IMG/VR virus record: IMGVR_UViG_3300042937_001207
Source of the DNA: an uncultured virus (IMG/VR IMGVR_UViG_3300042937_001207)
Taxonomy: Duplodnaviria > Heunggongvirae > Uroviricota > Caudoviricetes
Length of the DNA stretch: 64,000 bases
Direction: 5' to 3' (one strand)
This document shows, piece after piece, positions 29,117-40,400 of the stretch (its first letter is position 1; each line of letters opens with the position of its first letter). The notes under the pieces were generated by a model. That model saw nothing but the letters and a program-made list of their open reading frames with translations, ran no database searches and was not told where the DNA came from. Position numbers and translations under genes: made by a program.

Positions 29117-31366
29117 ATGGCTTGGAATTCGTCGCAAAATAAGTCAATTAACCAATCACAGCAAAAATCTGCGCTTGGACCAGGAGCACCAGTTGCCTTC
29201 AATCCGTCAATGGCTGGTAAGCCCTACAGGGACTCGTGGGACATTGAAAGAGCCTACCGTGAAGGCTTCCAAAAGGTAACTTGGGTTAATAGATGCATTG
29301 ATGCGATTGCGGGAAACCAATCAAGACTTCCAGCCATCTTGCGAGAGAACAATAGCCCAACCGGAAAAATTATTAGAGAGTCAGATGAGAGCATTCTCAA
29401 CTTGCTGAACACCAAGTCAAATATGGGTGAGAACTCATTCGTTTTTAGATACAGACTTTCGTCTCAATTGCTCATGTCATCCCGTGGTGCATTCATTGAA
29501 AAAGTAAGAGGCAGAGATGGTCAACTAATTGCTCTACAGCTTTTGCCACCACAACACACAGCCCCAATACCAGACCCAAGAAAGTTTGTTTCTGGTTTTG
29601 AAGTTGATATGCGTAATGGAACAAAAATTATATTGAAGCCAGAAGATGTTGTGTGGATTAGAAAACCACACCCACTTGACCCATACCTCTCATTGACTCC
29701 AATGGAAGCTGCTGGAATTGCAATCGAAATTGAAAATCTTTCCAAGATTTACAACAGAAACTTTTTACTTAATGACGGCAGACCAGGTGGCCTTCTTGTC
29801 GTCAGAGGAGAAATCGACGACGATGATAAAGATGAACTAAGAAGTCGTTTTAGGGGAAACATCAATAGGGCTGGTGCAGTAACTGTCGTGTCATCCGACG
29901 AAGGTGTTGATTTTGTTGATACAGGGCAGTCTCCGCGTGATGCAAATTACGTGCAAATGAGACAGATACAAAAAGAAGAAATACTTGCAGCGTTTGGCGT
30001 GCCTGAATCAGTAATCGGAAACGCATCCGGCAGAACATTCAGCAACGCTGCGGAAGAACATAAAGTTTTTTGGAATGAAACGATGCTTCCACACCTAGAG
30101 ACATTGGCTCGTGGATTAGATGAGCTTCATACAAAGTACTATGTTGACTTTGACGTTACCGATGTTCCCGTTTTGGTTCTGTACAAGCAAGAACGAGATA
30201 GATATTTGTTAAACGAATATCAAAGCGGTTTAATAAGTGGCAACGAATATAGAGAAGGTGCTGGCAGAGGAAAAATTGACTCTGAGCTGATGGACGCAAT
30301 GCTTGCTAATCCGAACTTGACACCAATTGGTTACACGAACAAGAAGTTTGAACCGCAACAACAAGGGCAACTTGACATGATGGGAGGTGGAGCTCCAGTT
30401 CCTGGAATGCCACCAGTCCCTGGTATGCCACCTGCTCCCGGCGCACCAGCAACACCTCAAGAAATTCCAGTTCCCTCATACGGACCTCAAGCTGCTCCTT
30501 CCGCTGGACCATCAGAGGGAATGTCCGCTGCCCTGAGTGCGGAAGCAATTGCCGCACAGCAAGCTGCGTCAATGGGTGGGCCTCAGACAAAAGAGGGCTC
30601 CTCTGGAATAAATAGTTATGTTCTTGATGAGTGGGATGTAAAGGCAGAGGAGTCATCAGACAGGTGGATTGAGATTCTTGACGCTTCACTCGAAAGATTT
30701 TTTGAAAGACAACAACGAGTAATAATGGAAAAAGCCGCTGGAAGCAAAGCTAGAAAAAACATAGAATCCAAAGCTCTTGACCCAGAATCAATATTTGACC
30801 TTGCTGTCTGGAATAAACAACTAAACGAAGACATAAGACCGATACTCAGCGGAATAATGAACGACGCATCAAGCGTTGTCTCGCAGGAGGCATCAATGCA
30901 AGCTGAAATGGATGATGATGCAGTTAAAGAACACCTTGACTCTCAGATGGAGAGAATGGAAAATGTTAATTCAACAACAGCTTCAGAAGTAGCAGCAGCC
31001 GTACTCGTAGCCTCCTCAATGTCCGAAGAAGAAGACAAAATCGGAATGTTAAAAGCCGCTCTCGCTGCAATTTTTATAAATCTCTTAATGAAGAGAAAGA
31101 GACTTATAGCCGAGCATGAAGGGCAAACTGCCTACAACGCTGGAACATATCTGTCAGGACGCTCAATTGGGGCAATGACCAAAACATGGATTACGGAAAA
31201 AGACCCAAAAGTTAGACCAGAGCATGCTGGTTTGCACGGAAAATCCGTTGGTGTTTTGGAGGCATTTGATATGGGCGGAAATCTTTTGAGGTTCCCTGGC
31301 GACCCATTTGCTCCACCGCACCTAACAATCAACTGCAGGTGCAGACTACGTTTTGATAAAGACTAG
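29117..31366 (+). CDS. portal protein fused to MuF (phage Mu gpF-like) domain
   Basis: HK97-type portal motifs (WVNRCIDAIA, GRPGGLL, EILAAFGVPES), a Pro-rich linker, then KTWITEKDPKVRPEH...LRFPGDP...INCRC. Confidence 0.92.
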   Translation: MAWNSSQNKSINQSQQKSALGPGAPVAFNPSMAGKPYRDSWDIERAYREGFQKVTWVNRCIDAIAGNQSRLPAILRENNSPTGKIIRESDESILNLLNTKSNMGENSFVFRYRLSSQLLMSSRGAFIEKVRGRDGQLIALQLLPPQHTAPIPDPRKFVSGFEVDMRNGTKIILKPEDVVWIRKPHPLDPYLSLTPMEAAGIAIEIENLSKIYNRNFLLNDGRPGGLLVVRGEIDDDDKDELRSRFRGNINRAGAVTVVSSDEGVDFVDTGQSPRDANYVQMRQIQKEEILAAFGVPESVIGNASGRTFSNAAEEHKVFWNETMLPHLETLARGLDELHTKYYVDFDVTDVPVLVLYKQERDRYLLNEYQSGLISGNEYREGAGRGKIDSELMDAMLANPNLTPIGYTNKKFEPQQQGQLDMMGGGAPVPGMPPVPGMPPAPGAPATPQEIPVPSYGPQAAPSAGPSEGMSAALSAEAIAAQQAASMGGPQTKEGSSGINSYVLDEWDVKAEESSDRWIEILDASLERFFERQQRVIMEKAAGSKARKNIESKALDPESIFDLAVWNKQLNEDIRPILSGIMNDASSVVSQEASMQAEMDDDAVKEHLDSQMERMENVNSTTASEVAAAVLVASSMSEEEDKIGMLKAALAAIFINLLMKRKRLIAEHEGQTAYNAGTYLSGRSIGAMTKTWITEKDPKVRPEHAGLHGKSVGVLEAFDMGGNLLRFPGDPFAPPHLTINCRCRLRFDKD

Positions 31367-31455
31367 TTTATACAAACATACTCACTTTATATAAACAAAA
31401 TAAAAAGCTTCACAAAAACAGAAACAACTCGTTTATCATTGATGACTAGGTGAAC

Positions 31456-34400
31456 ATGACTAACACGCACGAAACAGACGCAGACTACGAATATAAGTCC
31501 CTAACAGGGCAATTCAACATTGACGAAGCTCTCGGCATAGTCGAGTGCTTTGCTGCTGGTGTTGGGAATAAGGACTCTGTTGGCGATATTTGCCTCCCAG
31601 GGTGCTTTACAAATTCTTTGAAAAGAAGAAAGCCCCGGGTCGTATGGGGTCACAATTGGAATGAGCCAATCGGCAAAGTTTTGGAAATCTATGAAGTTGG
31701 TCCAAACGACCCTCGTCTTCCAGCAAAGATGAGAAAAGCCGGAATAGGTGGCCTTTATGCAAGAGTCCAATTTAATCTCAAAGCCGAAAGAGGCCGTGAG
31801 GCATTTGCAAATGTGTCATTCTTTGGTCTTGAGCAGGAGTGGTCAATAGGCTACAAAACTCTTGATGCAGTCTTTGACCCAACCCAGCAAGCAAACCTTT
31901 TGAAAGAAGTTGAGCTGTACGAGGTTTCTCCAGTTCTTCATGGAGCCAACCAGCTGACAGGCACTATCTCAATTAAATCGGATGAAGCTGTTAACGAAAA
32001 CAAAGATGGAATAGACGTAAAGCGTCAACCACTAAGAGACCCAAAGGGCGGTTTGACAGCAGCCGGTCGTGCTCATTTCAAGAGAACAGAAGGCGCAAAT
32101 CTAAAGCCTGGCGTTAAGGGTCCAGCTGACACACCAGAAAAGATGCGCCGCAAGGGTTCATTCCTCACAAGATTTTTTACAAACCCATCTGGCCCAATGA
32201 AGAAACCAAATGGAGAACCAACAAGACTTGCTCTTTCGGCGGCTGCATGGGGTGAGCCAGTTCCAAAGAATATGGAAGACGCTGCAAAACTTGCTGCAAA
32301 AGGAAGAAGACTTCTTGAGCGTTATAGCAATACAAAGAAAAAAGATGACAGCGAAAACTCGGAAACAAAGAACCATGTAAACGCAATTTACGAGGCAATG
32401 AACAGTGCAGAAAACTCCGTAGTTGGAAGAGCTGCCGACCTCACAAGAGCACTTGCTTCACACTTTGGCGGAGCGGTGAGACTTGTTAATGCCGATAACG
32501 ACATTGCAATTTTTGAGATGGGTGCCGGTCAGTCTGTTGAGACACTAAGAGTCGCTTACCACTTTGATGGTGACGAGTTCATGTTCGGAACGGCGCAACA
32601 AGTAAAACCAGAAACCGTCTACATTCCGGTTAACGGCTCAAATGGAAGCAGGGTTGGTGACAGCGGTGTTTCTAACGCAATGACTATTGCAATGAGTCCA
32701 GTTGGAGGTAGCTTGTACGACGCAATGTCTTTGGCTGCAGTTCCACATGACGCATGCTGCGACGATTGCGCAAAAGGGGAAAGTTCTTGTTCTGTAACAA
32801 AACAGCTGAGCACGCTAGAAGAATTTAAATCTTCAAATGCAGGAGAACACCTAATCCTAGTTCCAGAAGATAACAGCGAAAAAATTTCTGCTTTTGAAAT
32901 GATTAACCCAATTGCCCAGTATCACGAATTTGAAGTAAAAGTTCTCGAAAATGGAATTGTCATTCCGGATATCAACAATGTAAGCGCTGATGGTTACGAG
33001 GCTCTTTCTAATGTACTAAATGTTTTTGAGCAGAAAGCTATTGGCACTGCAATCGGAAAAACTCCAAGAAACATGAATGCGTGGACTGCTCGCAACGCTG
33101 ATAGTGACCCGTATGTTCTTGAGGGCATATCAACGATAAACAGAGGGCGCGGCGTAATTGACCCAACACCAGGGAGTGATTTTGGTATCCCAAAAGCACC
33201 AAAGTCAAGAGGCAAGAGGGGCGCATCTAAACCAAGACGCGCTAAGAGACCTGGCGAAGCAGACATGCCAGCTGTACCAAGACCAGTTGAAGTACCAGAA
33301 GAAATCCCAGAAATACAACCAGCGAAGCCAGCAATAAAACCGGCAAGACCAGCAACAGTTCCAGAAAGAAAACCAGACAAGGTTCCAGAACGTACACCCC
33401 AAAAAGAACCAGACAAGGTTCCTGAGCGTTGGCCTCAAAGGGAGCCCGAAAGAGTTCCACGGCCAACTCCTGCGCCACCACGCGTACCCGAAAGAGAGCC
33501 AGTCCCCGTACCACGACGAGACCCACAAAGAGTTCCTGAAAGAGTTCCGCAAAGAACCCCACAGAGGGCTTCAACTAGCCCAGTTGGCAGAATGTCGGAC
33601 GGTAGAAGATTCCCTAAGGAGCAACGTCCAGTCGATATGGATATGGCGGAAGAGGTATTTGACCGCTTTAATACCATTTCAAAAAACAAAAACACAGCAC
33701 GGGCGTATGAAGAGGTGGCCCGTAAGTTTGGCATTTCTCCTAGAACAGTTGAAAGATATATCAACGAAATGGGAAGAAGAAACAATAGGGACCTCCCTTA
33801 TGTTAAGCGACCAGAAGATGCTGGTGTCAAGGATGTTGATTCACCGCGTGGAAAAATGTCCTCAATACAAAGTGATTCCGACCTGTCACCTAGAGAAAAA
33901 AGAAGACTAAAAGAAGACAAAATAGGAAGACAGATATTCTTAGCAAGAGACAACGAGGGAATTTCGCTTGATGAAGCAGCATCAAGATTCAAGGTTTCGA
34001 GACAGAAAGCAAGACAGCTTGAACTAAGACACATGTCAAAGCTTCGTGGTCTTGACGAAAACAGTCCAAACAGAATCACCAGAAGAATGCTTGATGACCC
34101 TGCCTCAACTCTTACTGACGAACAAACAGATTTGATGAAGAGAAGACTTGATGGGGAAACTCTTCAAGAAGCAGCAGCAAGACTTGGCACGGATAGACAA
34201 ACAATAAGACGGCAAGAACAAATTGCAATGAGAAAGTTGCAAGACTCCATGGTAATTGACAATGGGCCAGTTGGCTCAATGGCAAATGCAAAATGGACGG
34301 AGTCAATAAGGGCAGCCGAGTCTGTCGACGATTTAAAAGGTCAAGATAGAAGCTTAGGCGAAAAACCTTTTAGCAGAATTTTCTACAGTGCCCCAGTTGG

Positions 34401-37400
34401 AAGAATGTCGGGCGGCGATGAAATCATTGACTTTGGTGACGAGTTCGGAGTAGTACGGTTTGGAACTGACGACGAAGAGGAAGATGCTGCTTTATTATTT
34501 GGTGAAGACGAGGTAATTTTTGATAGAGGCGACGGAAGTAAACCCGTTGTTGAGCGCGAAAGAATCCCATTATCAAAACCAGACGCAACACCAGCAGCCC
34601 CTGGGAAAACACGACTCCGTGGAGATGGAATCACGTGGGATTCAAAACCAACAACTTCGGGGCGGCCAATAATAGAAGTCACTCCACCGGTCATAACACC
34701 ATCCGCCCCAAGTCCATCAAGACTTCGTGGAACTGCAGTTGCACCAGAGACAACCCCGGAACGAACAAGACTACGTGGCACAGGAATTTCTATTGAAGCA
34801 GTACCCACTTTTTCTAGAGACCTTCCTGATACAAGGGCAGTTCCGCCAACGCCAATGTCAGTGACTGATTTGACAGACGACAAACCAATAGAGTATTTAA
34901 AGTTTGAGTCGTTGCCAAGACCAGAAGATACATGGTCTTATCAAAAAGGCTCAGATGAAGCAAACAACGCAATTGCTGATGCGCTTACAAGGGCTATTTT
35001 GGGTAGAGAAACACAATTGGATGTTGATTTAATAGACGAACTTCAAACAGCAGATGAATCAAGACTGATTAGCTCCATTGCTAAGAAAAAAATTAAAGAA
35101 GAAATTCCAAAACTTGACGATGAATCGCTTTTGGTAAGAAAAGAAGCAATCAATGAAACTATTCAAGCATGGAAAGACGACATCAAAGAGCTGTTTGACG
35201 AAAAAAGAACTGCTCGCAACAATAGAGATTTCATAGAATATCAAGAGATACAAGACAGCATTGATTTTGCAATGCCATTATTGACATCTTCAGAAGAACT
35301 GTTGGATGACGTAAATAAGGAAATAGCTAAACGAGGTCTTGTTTCAGGTCCTGTAGGAAAAATGTCTTCGTATGAAAGAGCTCTTCCGGATGGTTTTGCA
35401 TCTGAAGTTTTTGACTCAACTGGTCGTAAGAAGAGTTACTTAAAACAAAATGACTCTGATGACGCAGAGCTTGACGAGTATCTACCGAACATAATTAACA
35501 GCTTCTTGAGCAATTTCTCATTGACTGGAGAACCTTATTCTGGCAACAACTCTCCAGATGGTCCTTCTGGAGCAGTAAAAGCAATAAACAGAATTATCAG
35601 CAATAACAACAATGAAGAAAGTTCATACCCAGAAAAGCTGATGAGGAATGTTTACTCAAGTTTTGGAAATTCTCCAATTGAGCAAATAGCAAAACAAAAT
35701 GATATTTCAAGAGAAGATGTTGTAAAAATTGTAAAGGCTCAGGCAAATATTCTGTCCGCAACAGAGACTCCAGAGCGCTCTGAGATGCGATATCTAATGA
35801 GAGAACACGGATATCTGCTCGCAGGAACAGACAGAGACATAATGTCTCAAAAACTTTATGGAGCAACAAATGCGGATATTGCAAAAGACTTTAATTTAAG
35901 AATTGATGATGTTGATTCAAGACTTACAAAGTCTTTGCGAACTCTTAGAAAAGCAGATGGCTCAACGTCAAAGCCGCCATCTGTTTCAAACACCAGATAC
36001 GGAGTTGACGACGAAGGATTTTTTGTTGAAGCAGATGCAAGCGACGGCAGTTTCTACAAAAAGTACATAGGCAGGACCGAGCTTGGAGATGAAATAGATG
36101 ATTATTTTTCACCCGGCCCAGTTGGTGCCATGGCGATTCGACAGAACAAAAAAGTACGAATTTATGCCAATGCAGACGATGGGATAGTAGAAGAATACGA
36201 CTTTACAGAAGACCTTGCTGACGGTGTTCCAATGCAGGAGAAGCCATACCTCCGCAGAGTGCGTGGATTCAACCAACCAGAACTGCACGAAATGTTGGGC
36301 AGAAAACTTTTGGCAGAAGATGGTGGATACAACTACATGGTTGTTGATACTCCAGAGTATTCATTTGTTACTCAAACTGAGGCTCAGGCAATGGCTAGAG
36401 CTGCTGAGCGTGGAATGTTCCTTGACGATGAAATGTTTCCACAAGGTTTATTCCTTAACTCAGATGGAACCGAAGAATTGCGTCCTATACCAATTCAAAC
36501 TTCTCCAAGAGAAGGTTTGAGAGTTGTTTCATGGAATGACCGTGCTGGATACGATGGCGAGCCATCTTACTTCAGACTCGGCGGTACAGTTTTTGCAACT
36601 TCTGACATGTCTGAAAGCTGGGACGAGAGTGAAAGAAATGCAAAGCGAGTAGCTAGAAATAAGAAGTTGAGAAGACTTGAAAGTGGCCCCGATGAAAAAT
36701 TCTGGACCAAAGACTCGTGGAAGTGGAGATTCCAGGGCAGTGACGACTTGTCTGTTACAAAAAGTCCAAATACTCCAGACTTCGGTCCTTCGGTGATAGA
36801 AAAAATTCACACACTTAGAAATAGTCCAGATTTTGATGCTCTTAGAGCAACAGTAAACTCAAAAGATAAAAAAGACCTTACTGGACCAGAAAAGAACTAT
36901 TCAGTACTAAGCGATATGTACTACCAGTACGCAAAAAATGGCGGTCTTTCAGATAGACAGTGGTCTTACGCATCGTCATTGATTGACAAGTTCGAAAGCG
37001 GAGACGGTGGATACACTCTTGCACCAGGCGAAGAAGCTGTACTTAAAGTAAATAAAGAAACTGGCGAAATGCTGGGCGCAGACCCAGAAGATGCAAAACG
37101 TTTAGTAAATGCTGCACGAATGCTCGAACAGGATGATGCAGAGATTGAAAAAATTCTGTATAGGTACGACATTGATGGTGGATTGATGCCAGAGCAGTGG
37201 GACAGACTACGTGCTCTCACAAAGCAGAGAATGACAGAGAATAGAGCAGCACGGCAGGCTGGTCAAGCATCTGCAAGACCAAGCGCCCCAACAGTTGGCG
37301 TTAGTGCACCAAGTATTGATAAATCAGAAGTTGAAGACGATGGAAAACTTGTTTCTACTTATGTGAATAAGTTGACCGGCGAAATTACAAAGTACAGACA

Positions 37401-40400
37401 TAAAAATGTTGGTGCAAATGCTAATGGCCCAGTATTTTTGGTTGCAGAAGACGACAATGGCAATTTGGTCAAATGGAATCACCCAGTAGCTGGCGACCTG
37501 TTCTCATATGAAGACTGGCCACAAGAAGAGCTTGGTGAAATCTTTGATGAAACTACAGAAAAGATTAGAACCCAAAGAGGAAGACATCCAGCAACAGATG
37601 GCGTATTTATTTCGGCAAAGCCATGGGAAATTGAAGCAGACTTAAGGACGAAGGCTGGAGAAACAGTAACCGCACAAGAACTAAAGAGCGAGTACGAAAA
37701 ACTTGGTCTTTATGGTCTTGGCTCTGATTCATCCGGTCCAGTCATTGAAACCGACACTGAAATAATCCTTGGTAAAAACTTTACTGAATCAGACATTAGA
37801 AAAGCAATTAATGATGCAAGCGATTCTGGTCTTAAAATTTCTTTTGAATACCTAAAACCAGATGCAGACAGACCAGAAAAAAGAACATTGACTGAACCAA
37901 GATATGAAGAGCGTCTTGGGAAAAACGGTGAGATTCTTGCTGCATACATCGTCGGAATTGATGAAAAAGACGGTAAAGAAAAGAATTTCAGAACCGACAG
38001 AATATATGGCCGAAAATCTGAAAAACCAAAACCTCAGACGGATGACGAACAGCAAGCTGGATTCAGAAGACCTCGCCAAGACACGAAGAGACCAAGAGGC
38101 GAGTCAGAGAGAGAACCTCGTCGTCGTCCTAGCGACCAAGAATCGGACCGTCGTCAAGAGCAGTCACGGCCCAGTGACGAACAAGCACCACCAAGAGAGG
38201 AAGCAACCCCGAATCAAGAGCAAGCAAGACCAAGAGAACGCCAAACGGAAAGACAAAAAAGAACTGCTGAAATAATCTCAAGAACAAATTCTCTTAGAAG
38301 AGGTTTGCGAGAAAGGTCTCTGTTTATATCACTTGACGACAACCAGCAAACGGTTGCCAGTACACTCGCTACAGCTGACCGAGATGTCCTTGATGTTGAA
38401 TTTCCATATGGAAATAAAGTCTATGCTGTTGAACTTGTTAAGTTTGTAAAGAATGCTGATGGGAACGTCTCACTGCATGCTACAGATAAATCAGATAGTC
38501 AAAGAAAAATATTTGACCCGTACATGATTGCAGTAAGGTCTAGCTCCGAGCCAGTACCAACAGCTTTGCCTTATTTGCTTGAAGACCTAAGCCGCAGAAT
38601 TGGCAGTGACCAGAGAAGTTTTGCATTAGCCAGTGCTTCAGATATAGCCGCATACAATAGGGCAAAAGAAAAACTTGCTAGAGCTAGTAGACAAAACCAA
38701 ATAAACAGTTTTGATACTGGGCCACACGGAGCGCTTGGGTTGAATGCATCGCGTGTACCTAACTACTCGCCAACAGAGTTCTGGAAACCAAACAAACACG
38801 ATTCAACATATGCATCAATGCCATATGCTCAACGAAAAGCTGAATCACAAAGATTGCTGTCTAGAATACTCAACTCCGCAAACAGGAATGATTCACAACT
38901 CAATGACGTTCTTGATAGATATGTAGCACTCGAAAGAATAACCAAAACAGCAAACGGTCCATATGTTGACGAGTTTGGGGTTTCAATTACAAGACTTGAA
39001 AATGGCGAATACGAGATTTCTGGAAACATCCCGTTTGACCCAGAAATGAATTCTTCTCCGTTTGGGAAAATGGGCAGATATGTAAGGCCTAGAGATGCCC
39101 AAGAAAGAGTAATTGACGATTCTTACAATATTCAAATTTACAATGAGTTGACAGATTTGCTCAGCTCCGTGCCTGAGGGGCAAGCAATAGCTCAGCTGTC
39201 GCAGAGACATTCTACAAGTCAGCAAAACATAAGAAGAAGGCTAAATGTTGTTGACAGAGAAAGAGCAAATGAAATACGCTCACTTGATTCGGTTGACGAA
39301 ATAATAAGTCAACTTGAATCCGGAGACATAACATTTGACGAATTAGAAATGCGAATTGACTCCGACATGAGTCCAAGACAATTAATTAGAAATATTGATT
39401 ACGCATACCGTGAAATGAATTTCCAGCATGATGATTTTGGACCTGTTGGAGCCATGTCTGGCAAAAACACATCTGACATGTCAGACCAAGAACTCGTTGA
39501 TGCGTGGAACGATGCAATGGAAAAACTTTTTGGTTCTTATGGAAGACCACACAGGAAAGATAGAGCGGCAAAGTCGGCTCTAATGAAAGAACTCAAGTCG
39601 GTGGGAAGAGAAATTCAAAAAAGGTATTTTGAATCAGAAGATGCAAGAACTTTAATTAACGAAATAAAGCAAAACCCACCTCAGAGTCCGGCTGGTCTTA
39701 TGTCTTCAGGCTCAATGCCAGATAATCCAATTAGTGGTAGCAGACATGTTGACAGAAGACTTTATGAAGTTTACGGAGATGACAACTGGAAAAAAGTTGC
39801 CGAGCAAATTGGCCGAAGGTTCTCAAACATTGAGGAAAGAGACTGGGAAAACCCAACAGACGACGACCTAATTGACTTGCACCAGTACTTGACTCAAAGG
39901 ATATTTGATTCACACATGAGCGGCGAGGAACAGGGTGAACTTGGCGGGATACCCCTTGACATCCTCTCTGTGTCCGGGGATTTAGACATAACCCCAAATC
40001 AGGTTGTGGAATACTCCAAAAAAGGAAAAGACATAACTGAAGCACGTATAGCTGCTTTGATGACTCCGTTTGAAAGGGCTGAACGGATGATTCAAAACGA
40101 CAGACGTAAAACATTTGAGAGATTGATTTCAAGAAAACGAGCAGAGCTTGGTGAAGGTTTTTCTGATTGGTTCCAATCTGCTACTGAAAAAAATAAAAAT
40201 ATACTTTTTGATTCAAATGGCAATGAACGCTCAGTTGAAGAAATAGACGAATTAGGCGGACCTTTTGCTGGGTATTTCTCTTTTGGGCAAGAAACGACTG
40301 AGCCTGATGTTGATGTTGACACGGCTAGAGAAATTGAAGAACTTAACAAGTTGTTTAATAGTCCTACATTTGGTTCTGATGATGGAGATAGCAGCCCTGC

